This document shows positions 53,301 to 64,000 of a DNA stretch of 64,000 nt, piece by piece. The position numbers were made by a program, and so were the translations under genes. A model generated the notes under the pieces. The model saw only the letters and a program-made list of their open reading frames with translations. It was not told where the DNA came from and ran no database searches. Source of the stretch: Phoronis australis (Eukaryota > Animalia > Phoronida); contig NMRA01000046.1 in assembly GCA_002633005.1 (NCBI GenBank), positions 746,144 through 810,143 of the forward strand, given 5' to 3'. Within the stretch, counting starts at the first letter, position 1; each line of letters starts with the position of its first letter.

Positions 53301-56300
53301 CATGAAAATCCGTTAAGGACTTGTGAAGATACAAAGGTAAGCGTAAAAAATTAAAATTGCCACTAGGGGGCACACCGGTAGTCGGATCCGTCCAAAAGTC
53401 GTCATCTTCCGTTGTTAACATCATATAAATATACTTACACAATTTCGTAAAGATCCTGCAAACGGTTTAGGAGATACAGCCATAGGCGCAAAAAAACAAA
53501 ACTGCCACTAGGAGGCGCCACAGTACTCGAAATCGTCGGAAAATCATCATCAACCGTCCTCTACATAGTAAGCAGCACATACATGCCAATTTTCACAATC
53601 ATCCTATGAGCGGTTTGGTTGATAGAGGGGTGGACGCACAAAAACAGACTCGAAAACACTAAAAATAGCCACTAGGTGGCGCAAAATATGTCGAATCCAT
53701 CTGAAAATGGCAGGATAGCGTCATCTCACTAATAGGTGCCTACACACCAAATTTCATGAAAATCCGTTCAGGACTTTTGAAGATACAAAGGTAAGCGTAA
53801 AAAACTAAAATTGCCACTAGGGGGCACACCGGTAGTCGGATTTGTCCGAAAGTTCGCACATGTCGTCCCATTCATGAATGGAACATATGAGCCAAATTTC
53901 ATGAACGTATGTCAAAGGGTTTTGGAGATAGAGCAGCGGACGCCGGACGGACGGAGATGACGGCATAATGTGTCCACATATAAATATGTGGGCGCATAAA
54001 AACACTAATCAAATAAAATTCCCTCCAGATGCTCACTTATCAGTTTAATTAAAACTTTATCCATGAATCAATACCTCACAATAACAGGAAATCAACCATT
54101 AAATACAAAATTTGTTTTAAAATGCTTTACCAATTCACAATTGCCAAATCACCTTCAGTCTGGAATATAACAGCTGTTATAGACTAGGGTATCCTGTTAT
54201 GGCTTCAAATCCAATTATAAGTGATTACTAAATGGGCCAATCTAGAAAAGGCAGACAATGAAATGAGTACCCAGGGGGCTTGAGTCTGTTATCATGATAG
54301 AACAGAAGGGTCCAGACCAGTCACCAACTAACAATAAGCCTGCACCTTCAGGATACAAAAAACAATACAATAACTTGTAATTAAAACTCTCAAAAAGGTT
54401 CATTGCTCTTTAACAAAAGGTTTATTAACATTGTTCACACACCAGCCCCTTGATTGCCAATGACCTGCCATCTTATTAGTTAGGGAGACATCTGTAATGT
54501 AGTCATAACATCTTACACATCCTCAAATTTGCCCAGTTTCTTTGTCATAACTGAGCTTCATTGTGCACAGGATTGAGCATCAAATGCAATATCTAACAAA
54601 ATGTTACTTCTGATAACCAAATAACACTTATCTTTAAAAGGTTATCAAAATGGGGATGCCATGAAAAGACAAGTCAGAAAAGGAATAGAGATAAATGAGG
54701 AAGTACTTAAGCATACCAGATAGCCGTTCACTGTGGGACAGGTCAACATAACTTGGGTGATGTAACACACTGGTAGATGTGTGACAAGGTGAAGAGAGGC
54801 TTGTTACACAAGTTGTTGGGCTGTTCACAAACACTCAAAACTTAAATCACAACAATGTGCATGTCCTCTGCTCATCGATGTGTCGAAAAATTTTACCAAA
54901 AAGACATGGCCATGTGACCCAATTAATGTCAGACAGGGAAAAATTCATAAATAAAATTTTACAGGCTTTTTACATTCAGAAAATGTATACTTTTACTGGA
55001 TTAAAATCATTAGTTTGTTGATATTTGGCAAAAAACAGAGTTGTCGATAATGTCTTATATAACCTTAACATTAATACCTTTCTGAAAAAAGCTTGAGTTT
55101 TCAATAGAGATTTATATACAAGGATTTATTCAATAAAAATGGTAAGATTAGGAATATTCATCTTTCTGTGATAATTGCTGGGAATCTCGAACATATTGGC
55201 ATTCGATTTTTATTGCCCGTAATGCTATATGTTGGGGAATACAATTACCGTTATGTTGACAGTAGCCATGGGAGTTGTATCCATACTGGATTGAAACAAA
55301 CTGATCAAGAAAAACTGGACACACTCTGTTCTATCATGTACACACACAAGTTGTGTGGATGGCTAGTCATTGTTCATGACAGAACCACAATGAAACATGA
55401 GCCAACAATGGAAACAATAATCCCTCTGTAAAATAGATGGAAAATCTTATCTTGGATATAACATTCCCATTCCCAGCTGACATGAAGCCAGCTGAGCTCA
55501 GGTACAATATGCACAATCAAACTGAGGTGAACAGAAATCTGCTTAACACATAACAAGCATGTGTATATGGTTTTTGTCTCAGCACCATGCTTTTGTTTAT
55601 TTACAAATCAAGTTGGCAGTGTGCTCTGTATGAGTTATTCACTTGTTACAGACAGTGTGGTATATAGATCAATACAAGAGGCACAAATTGAATCAATACA
55701 AATGAGAATGACTGGGATTGTTAAATATGTGTGCAACTGAATGTCACTGTTTTTGCAGCAGCTTCACAGAAGATATTAGATAATACTCATCTCAACTTAT
55801 GAGATTGTTGGATTGCCTCAGTACTTGGGCTCTCTGTATACTGCTCATGTAATCTGACCAAAGAGACACTATTCGGTCACAGAAAATATCATGGATAACT
55901 TTATTTAACTGATACAGCATGTTTAGCTGTCCAAAACATGATGGCAGCTGAACAGTATCCATTTTTCTTAAAAAACTAAGACACAGGTTTCAAAATGAAG
56001 TCATGCAGACCACAACCAATTAAGCGAAATTCGGCCTAACAAGTTTGCTGGCGAAGCAGCAGCACCTATACAGCAGTGTGATCGAGGATGATGCTTGACA
56101 CACAGTAAATAGAGTGCACATTCCTTGATTCAAACAACACAAAATCGTGTTGAATGTGTTAATTTCATTTGATCTTCTTACAGCAGCTGAAAGTCACGAA
56201 AGCATTTATTTCTCAAAAGGTGGAGTAGCATTCTTGAGTACTTCTCAATATTCACCAATCAGGAGGTCTGAATATTATTTTAGAACGGATCACAATATCC

Positions 56301-59300
56301 AAATGTTACTTCAAGAACTGTTGATCAATGAGAAGCCACGTTCCACAATTCTATATCTTGAAGCCCAAGGAAAGGCTGCAAACAGAACCAGTAATTACAT
56401 ACTATTTTCTGTTTATAGGCGAAATTACATTGTTATAAATTTATAAATTTAGATTTTCACACTGCTAAATGTCCTGCTTTTGGCAAGACTGTGTATTACA
56501 ACACCATCAAAATGTCCCCCTTTTTGACACACGACAAAATTGACTTCCCATAAATTGTGATTTACCAAACAAGCCAAAAAGAAATGCTGTTGGAGCATTT
56601 TCTGGGTGTTCCAGTGACCCCTTTTGGCATAAAGCCAGATGTCCTGTTTAATATCCTGACATAATACTTTTGCAATACAGATGTCCTATTTTTTCATTCT
56701 GGTACCTTAGTTACTATGCATTTACAATATCACATCATAGATGATTACATCACACTTCAGAAAATCTCTTTTCATAAAGTTTGAAGTGTAACCAACAATG
56801 GAAAGAGAAATCCACAAGACCCAATTTCTATAAAGCAACAAATTAAGAGCAAACCACAACTCTAAAAACAATGAGATAAGGAGTCCAATGTACATGAATG
56901 CTCCTGTGGTGAGATGTATCAGTTTCAAAGACAATATTAGATGCAGAGCACAGTTAATCTTTGTTGATAAACACAACACAGATTATATGTCTATAGTTAC
57001 CACTCAAATGCTGTTTTGGAGCAAGCAAGAATCTCACAAGAGAAAGGCAAGTGTTTCGGAATTATGCTTGGGAGTACGCTCAGAGTATGCTCAGGATTAT
57101 GCTCGGGAGTATGCTGTGCTTGGTCGGTGATGCTGGGATGTTGAATTATGGGGCACATCTGATTGGTCGGAACCTCAGCAGTCATGGGTTAGCTTTACAA
57201 CACCATGAAAAAATGGCGGACAGTGAACGATTTTTAGCCTTGTCATGCAAGTGGCGTCGCAGCAACTATTTTGTTTCTGCAGTGATGTTTAATAGCCGCG
57301 TGCTTAAAGCACATACATGTCCAATAAACACATATCTGGCCGATTTAATGGTATTTTATTCATATCATATGAATACAAGACAGTATCGTAAACAAACGTC
57401 ATTGACAGTAGAAAGATGCACTCCAAAAAGGCGCATCCACAATTTCTAGAATTCACATTTCCTGAACATAAATTTCAAGCACCGATTTGTCTGCTCAACA
57501 GACCACATTTACACTTCAGTCCATCAGTCATGCTAGTTTGTTTGCGTAAAGCGCTGCCTGTTGAGAATTGAACTAGCCAATCAGAAACGCCGGTATAAAA
57601 AATTTCCCGAGGAAATTTAAGTGATACCTGCATGCTGGCTACCGACCACCTAATGGCACGCAGGGAACCAGGGAGGGATGTTGATTTGTGGGGCACATGT
57701 GATTGGGCGGTGATGCTGGGATGTTGATATATGAGGCACAATTCAATATTTCCTTTTCTAGACACGGGTGCTTCACAGGTCTGACTACACAAGTCATTCA
57801 GTAGTACTTTGATCATTTTCACCACCTCATTCTCAAGTTTGGTTTTCCCATCATCAACAAAGCAGTAAAATTGGTTACCAAAATCCAGAAAAATAAATAA
57901 AAGATATCTTCAATGCATCATAGAAGTTGACATGGTTATTTTTACAGAGTAATTACAGTGACATGCACTAAATGTAATTATAAATACCACTATGGAATAT
58001 TGATAAAGAACAAATGATTACACCAGAAAATTACTAACTCTTCAATTTATAAAACGCTTAGTATTAAATATCCACCAGAACCTGGATTTTCAAATAACAT
58101 ATACTTTATAAATTTATATTTATTAGCAATCTATTATACTTCTATGGCACATCAGTCCAGTGAATCAGTGTCCACCTCACATCTCCAGAGACAATGTGTG
58201 AAACCTAGCAGTATCTAGCAGTATGTCCCTACCAAGCCTTTCCAATGAAGAGCACTCCCAAGCTGAACTGCAATCTCAAATGTGAAGTACCATGATTGAA
58301 TACCTCATCAGTACATGTAGGAAGAACACATTACACTTCAAGCTATAATTATCACAATCATCCCACAGCAGAGGGCCACTGTTCATCCCTTGTGCTCAAT
58401 GTTTTACTCAATGAGTGAGAACACAACATATCCTAAAGGTCACACCCACCCAGCTATAAAGAACATCAACTAAAGAGCAGTCAACTGAGCAGTAAATCTC
58501 GAATATAGCAAGAATGGTAAGTCATAGCAAGAAACGGGTCTCTGAGCAATTCTGATAGTGTTTAGAAAGATCTAGTCACATACCAAATTTCCAACAGATC
58601 CGTCATGGGGTGCCGAAAATACGGCACAAAAACTCATTGTTTGCAGACCAGTCATCGGAAAATCTCGAATAATTGAGAATGGCAAGACTTGAATAGAAAA
58701 ACAAATGAGACACACCCGATAGCTCTTTTGATGATCTATCCAAGGAAAAAAATCTTAACAGAAACAGCGGAGTTATGACTCCACAACCAACCAAAAGGGG
58801 AAATGACAACAACAGTGCCACCTTGTTTCTGATTTTAACCAAAAACAATAGGCTTCGAGTTCGAGCCATTCACGAAATGCATGTGGTCTGTAAATTTCCC
58901 ATTGATCCGACAAGAATTGCGATCTGTAGCATGCACACAAAGAAACAAACAAGAAATTATAAAGCAATATGCTAGGAGAAATTTCACTTCACCAAGTAAA
59001 AGTGGTGTGTACATGCCATGACTGAATAGAGATTGGGACAATCATATCTTTTACAGGACAACTGATGAAGATAAATTACATAAATCGCTTGATAAATAAT
59101 TTTACATGAGCGAGCACCTGCAGGGCTTGATGCTTAGCATAACTTCAATCAAAATTTCCAAGTCTCCAAATGGGAAATGAGACACCATATGCCGGGGTAC
59201 GCAAGTCCTGGGCTCTAGAAATTATGCATATTGGCAACTGTCAAAAGTGGAAATAAGGACATTTAAATTGAATACCTGACAAAATAAACAAAAGCTCACC

Positions 59301-60575
59301 TGGGGGCCTTTTTTAGTTGAATGAAAAACTACTTAAGAGTACATCGCGTGCTTAGTATAGTACCAATCAATTTCACCCTTGGGCCCAATATCCCACTTCC
59401 TCCCTAAGCGAATAGTAGGAGATCAGGACACCTTATCTGTGCATGAGTTATGAACATGCACTTCGGGTGTTTGGTGAACACTTCCGACTGGAATTTTCTG
59501 CATGTGCATTTAGATGTGTACGTGGTGACTTGGGATTTTTACTAGGTTGCTCAACAAAAACCGAGGTTAAACTGGCAACCTGTAATGTAATCTTCCACAA
59601 CCTACAACCCCTTGTTTTTCTTCTTTCCATTCATTTGACAAAACTTTTCGAGCAGTCTTATTTTATAAGTGACCACTCCTATCCCACCATTTTCCATCCA
59701 TCTATTTTGCATTAACCGGAACTTTTGATTATTATCTTCAGAATTTTCTTGGTTCACAATCTGGTAAAAGTGGAGGAAACGGCTCCCTCTTCAAAATGGC
59801 TACCGGGAACTAGTTTTACTGAATAACGGACATTGATGTTATTCACTGAATAACCAACATTGCCGTTATTCAGTAATAAGTTAAAAACTGGTTCTCGGTA
59901 ACCATTTTTAAGAGAGACCCATTTACTCCATTTTTAACCTGAAATTTCTAACTTTAATTTCATAAAATTGCAACTTGTGAGGAAAACACGACTTTTAGAG
60001 ACATGCTTTCACAAATGTTGAGTTGTGGGGTGTCTGTGGGAATACACTTTCATGACCCAAACTAAGTTGTCCTCTATCACTTGTAAAAGTTAAGTTTCTT
60101 AACTGATTCTCTCCTAGCTGAACCATTCGAATGCCTTGGTTTTACAACACTGAGAATGCTTTTTCAGGAATAACGCAGAATTTATTTGGAAAGTACAAAA
60201 TAATGTGGAAAGGTGTCAAAAAACGGGTAAGGCTGCACTTACTTTAGGCTTAGGGCATAAGTATTCAAGCATCTGCAAAAATGAATCCACAACCACACAC
60301 ACAAAAGTAAAAAATTTCCTTTCAAAAGTAACTTCACAAAAGATCGTTCACTTTACAGTATCCCACGTCAGCTATGACTGTCCTGCATATAACACAACAG
60401 GCTAACAGCAACAAGGAAACCGAGAGATTTTCCAGTGTCAGTGACTTACCTCCTCCAGAGCAGAGACAGAATTTCGACAGCTGTTCATTTTTGCCACAAA
60501 AGTGGACGTTGTTGGGGAATTGTAATCCTCCCATGTTTCTTGAAGAAACTCCTTTACGGAAATCAGCTCCGGCAT
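26268..60575 (-). CDS. ASAP: Arf-GAP with SH3 domain, ankyrin repeat and PH domain (ASAP1/2/3 ortholog), 23 exons, ~1043 aa
   Basis: All exons are GT-AG and phase-consistent (total 3132 nt). N-terminal BAR, PH, intact ArfGAP zinc finger CCDC-x16-CLEC-x4-R, ankyrin repeats, SDDELDE acidic motif, proline-rich region and C-terminal SH3. Confidence 0.97.
27228..27356 (-). CDS. ASAP: ASAP exon 22 (SH3)
   Basis: [43 protein letters not shown]. Confidence 0.95.
27564..27968. repeat. 36-bp intronic minisatellite, ~11 copies
   Basis: Unit Yctaaattgatgagactttacmgtatatcacctact. Confidence 0.97.
28663..28844 (-). CDS. ASAP: ASAP exon 21 (proline-rich)
   Basis: [14 protein letters not shown]...LPVPTPRTK; tttcag / gtgagt. 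Confidence 0.9.
29266..29682 (-). CDS. ASAP: ASAP exon 20 (Ser/Pro-rich; alternative in-frame acceptor gives a start at 29436)
   Basis: Open 417-nt frame PRHIPSP...[10 protein letters not shown]...PPPLPEKK; acceptors gcctgatag and ctccctgcag; donor gtttgt. Confidence 0.82.
30092..30278 (-). CDS. ASAP: ASAP exon 19
   Basis: [14 protein letters not shown]...[13 protein letters not shown]; cttgtag / gtgagg. Confidence 0.9.
30691..30859. repeat. 57-bp tandem repeat, 3 copies
   Basis: Unit atctcagctatagtcttgacctatgcctttcaaatggtgttactagaaacaagctct. Confidence 0.95.
31082..31135 (-). CDS. ASAP: ASAP exon 18
   Basis: [18 protein letters not shown]; ttcag / gtaagg. Confidence 0.9.
31992..32060 (-). 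CDS. ASAP: ASAP exon 17
   Basis: [23 protein letters not shown]; tttgcag / gtaagt. Confidence 0.92.
32851..32951. repeat. ~20-bp tandem repeat, 5 copies
   Basis: tgtcattatttgctgcagag variants. Confidence 0.8.
33322..33508 (-). CDS. ASAP: ASAP exon 16 (ankyrin repeats)
   Basis: [21 protein letters not shown]...EGRTAQHVA. Confidence 0.95.
33968..34059 (-). CDS. ASAP: ASAP exon 15 (ankyrin repeat)
   Basis: [30 protein letters not shown]. Confidence 0.95.
34684..34864 (-). CDS. ASAP: ASAP exon 14
   Basis: [16 protein letters not shown]...[18 protein letters not shown]. Confidence 0.95.
35226..35448. repeat. 37-bp minisatellite, 6 copies, abutting a splice donor
   Basis: Unit cttaatatgtccatgtgtggttagtaagcctgttaca. 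Confidence 0.96.
35455..35543 (-). CDS. ASAP: ASAP exon 13 (ArfGAP)
   Basis: [29 protein letters not shown]. Confidence 0.94.
35800..35933 (-). CDS. ASAP: ASAP exon 12 (ArfGAP zinc finger and arginine finger)
   Basis: [33 protein letters not shown]. Confidence 0.97.
36279..36448 (-). CDS. ASAP: ASAP exon 11 (PH end / ArfGAP start)
   Basis: [13 protein letters not shown]...[13 protein letters not shown]. Confidence 0.96.
37136..37236 (-). CDS. ASAP: ASAP exon 10 (PH)
   Basis: [33 protein letters not shown]. Confidence 0.95.
37548..37595 (-). CDS. ASAP: ASAP exon 9 (PH)
   Basis: [16 protein letters not shown]. Confidence 0.93.
37992..38162 (-). CDS. ASAP: ASAP exon 8 (PH start)
   Basis: [25 protein letters not shown]...ISHSD. 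Confidence 0.94.
39205..39228 (-). CDS. ASAP: Candidate 24-nt ASAP microexon (LPQRIESR) in the BAR-PH linker
   Basis: ttcctgtgcttttcaag|CTGCCTCAGAGAATTGAAAGTCGT|gtaagt; phase 0-0 and stop-free. Confidence 0.6.
39875..40031 (-). CDS. ASAP: ASAP exon 7 (BAR end)
   Basis: [12 protein letters not shown]...[22 protein letters not shown]. Confidence 0.95.
40709..40794 (-). CDS. ASAP: ASAP exon 6 (BAR)
   Basis: [28 protein letters not shown]. Confidence 0.96.
41167..41595. repeat. 23-bp minisatellite (some 26-bp variants), ~18 copies
   Basis: Unit atgatacaaatatgtggtagaga. Confidence 0.97.
42520..42649 (-). CDS. ASAP: ASAP exon 5 (BAR)
   Basis: [12 protein letters not shown]...[16 protein letters not shown]. 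Confidence 0.96.
43610..43796 (-). CDS. ASAP: ASAP exon 4 (BAR)
   Basis: [19 protein letters not shown]...[18 protein letters not shown]. Confidence 0.97.
44737..45219 (-). mobile_element. hAT MITE family A, copy 2
   Basis: Same TIRs as 11875-12437, opposite orientation; degenerate TSD ctggtcag/tttgtcag. Confidence 0.9.
47897..48030. repeat. 33-bp tandem repeat, 4 copies
   Basis: Unit agacgttcataggaggccagtcRgtgcaYgctc. Confidence 0.94.
50240..50724 (-). mobile_element. hAT MITE family A, copy 3
   Basis: TIR caggcctttat / ataaaggcctg; perfect 8-bp TSD catatgac. Confidence 0.93.
50933..51019 (-). CDS. ASAP: ASAP exon 3 (BAR)
   Basis: [28 protein letters not shown]; tttccag / gtgagc. Confidence 0.94.
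51753..51825 (-). CDS. ASAP: ASAP exon 2 (BAR)
   Basis: [24 protein letters not shown]; tttgtag / gtaagt. Confidence 0.95.
51854..52090 (-). mobile_element. hAT MITE family A, truncated diverged copy 4
   Basis: caggccttcatgcagcgtacg...ggacgccc repeats as in copies 2 and 3; second TIR absent. Confidence 0.75.
52405..53118. other. Assembly gap
   Basis: Run of N. Confidence 1.
53119..54002 (+). mobile_element. Second copy of the Helentron/HINE-like element (5' part presumably lost in the gap)
   Basis: Near-identical to ~2294-3207, including the ~452-bp units, a shorter GGAC tract and the terminal hairpin. Confidence 0.88.
59762..59939. repeat. Imperfect palindrome / small foldback MITE
   Basis: aaaatggctaccgggaactagtttt / aaaactggttctcggtaaccatttt, with inner actgaataacgg / ccgttattcagt arms. 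Confidence 0.7.
60450..60575 (-). CDS. ASAP: ASAP exon 1 (start codon)
   Basis: [42 protein letters not shown], the characteristic ASAP N-terminus; donor gtaagt. Confidence 0.96.
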
Positions 60576-61089
60576 TGAGACTAAGAATGCTTCGATAACA
60601 TCACAAAGAAGAGACAGTCAATAACTCTGCAGCAGGAAGCAGGGGACTCCTAAAATGTAGTTCTGCGACTTTCCGTTAGAAGGAGCTATACCTTAGACTC
60701 ATATATACATTTCGAATAACTCATTTTGAAAAATTCAAAAAAATTTAGAATTTATCTGAAACATATATCCACTCCTTTCATGTGTTGTTCTGAAAAATAA
60801 ACCTGAATTTGTTTCGTATTGTAGTTGTTGGCTTGTGTTAAGGTAGACCATTTCCGGTTGAAACAAATCCGAACTTTTGCGGGAAAGATAAGCTGGTAAT
60901 AGTGGTAGAATTTAACACTTTCTATGAATATGAAATTAATGGGTTTGTAGTAAAGCCGAGATTACCCTACTCTGGAATCGAACCAGCCAGTTGTTGTGAA
61001 CTTGAGTCTTGATACACAGGTTCTCGTGCAGCTTACCTCATCTCAAGCGTGTATTCAAGCTTTTAAAGCTGCACGAGAACCTGTGTTAG

Positions 61090-61905
61090 TGTGTATCAAG
61101 TCACAACACAGTTAAGATTCCACGAGCACGTTGATGTTATTTGCAAAAAAGCTTTTAGACAGATGAATGCCTTGTTCCCTCTTCAAAATGTTTTAGGCAT
61201 TAACAGTAAGCTTAAGTTTATGCATTTATAAGATCCTATTTTAATCACTGCCCCTCGTTTGGCACCTATGACCTATGGCTATGTGGAATACAGAAAAGTA
61301 GGAAAATGGAAAAGATACAACACCTTGCTTTAAATTTGTGTTCAATGACAGCGAGTCCAACTACTCACAACTCTTAGTTAAGACTAGGAGCTGCTCTCTA
61401 ACTAGTTGAAATGTTTATCTATTGAAGTATTAAAAAATGTTCATATTATTGGACCCTGTCCTTTGTCAGGAAAGCTTGAATTTAGAGAGTCTGGATACGG
61501 TCTCAGAGGTGAAAACTGTCTCTATGTGAAACGCTTTAATACGATGACTTACGGATGTAACTCAATCTCCCATAAAGGTACTTTGCTGTGGAACTCATTG
61601 CCATCAGTAATGAGACAATGTACTACCTTAAATGAATTTGCCACTCTTGCTCATGACTTTTTCTCTGAGATCTGCTCTTGTGAAAACTGCTATGGATGCC
61701 TACATGCTCCGTAACATGTATGTGTACTTTAGTATTTATATTTATGTTTAAGTTCTGTATATTCTCCGTACTGTAGAATTAACTGTATTTTAGTTCTGTT
61801 CATTTTGTACTAGATTTTGAATTTGTCGGATAATAGCACTTATGCTAACATTTCATTGTTAAGGCTAACCGACTTTTAAATAAAGGTTATTCCTACTAAT
61901 TACTA
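61090..61905 (+). mobile_element. Degenerate 3' end of a CR1/L2-group LINE
   Basis: Frameshifted ORF2 C-terminus (LRFHEHVDVICKKAFRQMNAL; MEKIQ; YGLRG...YGCNSISHKGTLLWNSLP), then a T-rich 3' UTR ending in aataaa and a short repeat tail. Confidence 0.75.
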
Positions 61906-62019
61906 CAATCCTCATAAAACCGGGAGCTACATACAGCGACCAGAGTCGAGACAGTGGCAGTGTCTCTACTGGCACCGCCAGTAGATACAGTGAAGCTCAC
62001 ACTGACTATAGTCAAGTTA

Positions 62020-62370
62020 TAAATACCTTTTGCGCATGGAGGGACACCTTAGGAGGCCGTCGATGTATTTAATTCCTTCCAACTCGAACAACTTATTCCT
62101 GTTATCAAACTGTTTCTTCGAGCAGTCCCTCGTTTCCAAAATCGGTAACTCACCATTTATAACACTGCATGCGACAGGTGGTATGATGTCATATCCCCTG
62201 GCTTGCACAGAGTGAAAATGGTGAGTTAACGATACCACCTGTCGCATGCAGTGTTAAAAATGGTGAGTTACCGATTTTGGAAATTGAACGAGGGACTGCT
62301 CGAAAAAAAGTTTGATAACGGAAGTAGTTGTTTGAGTTGGAAAGAATACATCGACCGGACAGCCTCCTAT
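62020..62370. mobile_element. Foldback MITE (~140-bp inverted arms)
   Basis: ccaaaatcggtaactcaccatttataacactgcatgcgacaggtggtat / ataccacctgtcgcatgcagtgttaaaaatggtgagttaccgattttgg, with arms extending outward. Confidence 0.85.
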
Positions 62371-62499
62371 GGCTATGCGACTTTGGTGTTTTAATCAATG
62401 CGAGGCATAATTTGCTGAAAAGCTTCCAGCGTATGAAGCGCCTATCTGAGCTCCAACGTCCTGCCGGCAAGCATACTAACCATTCAGATTAGGCTCTAC

Positions 62500-63107
62500 A
62501 GTCAGCTAGCTGTATGAAGACTATCGTCAAATTATAGCTTGGTATCACTGTGTGTTCAGTGCCGACAGACCTCGAAAATGCATTTTCTTGTGTAATTCTC
62601 CACCTTTTGTAACAATGAACATCATTTTGAAAACAGCACGCTCGTGTCACGCACACGCGCCTTTTCTTAAAATTTTACGACATCTCTCGGAGATGATGAC
62701 AGCTTCACAGCAACATAAAATTTGTTGTGAAATTGGGTTTGCTGGTATCAAAATTCGAAAACTTATAATGAAGTGAAAGCAGTTCCGATAATTTGTAGTG
62801 ATGTGTACGCAGTCTCTTGAAAGAACAACAGTTGATTAAAGAATCGGCAAAAAAAGAAACCAATAGGTGACGCTATATTTCATGGCACCGAAAGCTGACG
62901 CAGAAGATCTCCCCACAACTTTAGAACTTTAGCGGCTGAATAACGGTAGAATGCCAATTTTTCCAGCATTGTTAAAAAATTTAGTTTACTCAAGGAAGAG
63001 TGTAGTTTTTAATGACACTTGTTTTGTGTCAGCTTTTATCTGGTCAGTTTTTTACCCGCATCGACGCAAAGCTGTATATTTAGAATACTACTTTGTGCCA
63101 AGTCTAA
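62500..63107 (-). mobile_element. Uninterrupted homolog of the 10571-13136 host element
   Basis: Its reverse complement aligns by eye to 10571-10740, 11713-11874 and 12438-12630. Confidence 0.8.
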
Positions 63108-63379
63108 TAATAGGCCTGTTAGCGAGTGACTTACAGATGCTCATTGGATGCACATCTACAACAGCTTTGGTGAATAATCGAACATCAATCATACGATATA
63201 GTCTAGGTTTAGACTTATTAAGAAAAATCTTGCCAATATCGTGTTCTTTCATTTAAAACACATGGCAATATCTCGTGTGGTCTCGCGAAGTCTTGCTTTT
63301 CTAGCAAGGTCTTAGACAGTGATCACCATTTCTACCAGCCTTCGAAATGGTTAGGTTCCTAAATGGGCGCTTCATACAC

Positions 63380-63790
63380 TGCAAGCTTTTCGGCGAATTA
63401 TGCCTCACACTGATAAAATATCAAAGTCACGTTGTTATAAGTATGTTTTGTACATAGAGGGACCCCTTAGAAACCTTAGGAGGACGTAGATGTCTTTAAT
63501 TCCTTCCAACTTGAACAAAAACTCCCGTAGTCAACCTTTTTCTTCTAGCTGCCCATCATTCAGTTGCCCAAATCGGTAACTGGTCATTTTTACACTGCAT
63601 ATGTTTCTATTTTTGCTGCACCTGCAAGGAGCATGCACAGTGTTAAAAATGGCCAGTTGCCGATTTGGACAACTGAACATAGGACTACTTGAAGAAAAAG
63701 TTTGATTACCAGAGTATTTGTTCAAGTTGGAAGGAATCGATGGCCTCTTCAGGTGTCCCTCCCCTCTATGCGCAAATGGTACTTATAACA
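63380..63790. mobile_element. Foldback MITE, same family as 14294-15151 and 62020-62370
   Basis: ccttaggaggacgtagatgtctttaattccttccaacttgaacaaa / tttgttcaagttggaaggaat; inner arms cagttgcccaaatcggtaactgg / ccagttgccgatttggacaactg. Confidence 0.78.
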
Positions 63791-64000
63791 ATGAGATTTT
63801 GATGTCGAGACGGTGGTCACTATCTAATGAGGTCGTAGCATTATTGAACTTTACCCAGGCAATCACTAATGCAGTAACATGACTACTGTAACGGGCCTGT
63901 TGCAGCACAAACTTATGCCTGCACCAAACTGATTTGGTGCTCTTCAGTTTGACACGTTTTGTTGAGCCAAACTGATACCTGCGCCATACTGAAGCTACCG

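Noticed and set aside
57050-57740. CCAAT and YY1-like motifs suggesting an internal promoter
   Set aside because: Motifs lie in locally duplicated repeat-like sequence and no linked exon was found
61406-61714. 102-aa ORF as a host gene
   Set aside because: It is the C-terminal remnant of a LINE ORF2

Overview
AT-rich animal (invertebrate) genomic DNA with spliceosomal introns; the repeat repertoire suggests a lophotrochozoan, but that is inference. There are two N gaps (8960-9856 and 52405-53118). The main feature is a complete minus-strand ASAP-family Arf GAP gene (BAR-PH-ArfGAP-ankyrin-proline-rich-SH3). I traced 23 GT-AG exons by hand from the ATG at 60575 to the TAA at 26268, about 1043 aa, plus a candidate 24-nt microexon and an alternative acceptor. 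Converging on it is a plus-strand gene with two coding exons (15278-15900, 19619-20246; about 416 aa) encoding a TICAM/TRIF/TRAM-like TIR domain, a coiled coil and an acidic disordered tail. Its TIR exon is bracketed by two copies of one TTAA-targeting MITE. The left 10 kb holds exon-like but stop-interrupted minus-strand sequence (possible pseudogene), a Penelope-like GIY-YIG remnant and a Helentron/HINE-like element with a ~452-bp higher-order repeat. The rest is rich in non-autonomous DNA transposons (hAT-like with 8-bp or 5-bp TSDs, Kolobok-like, foldback; several nested), with a LINE 3' end, a tRNA-derived SINE and many minisatellites. No rRNA, bona fide tRNA or CRISPR array was found. 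All family assignments come from motif recognition by eye, not from database searches.
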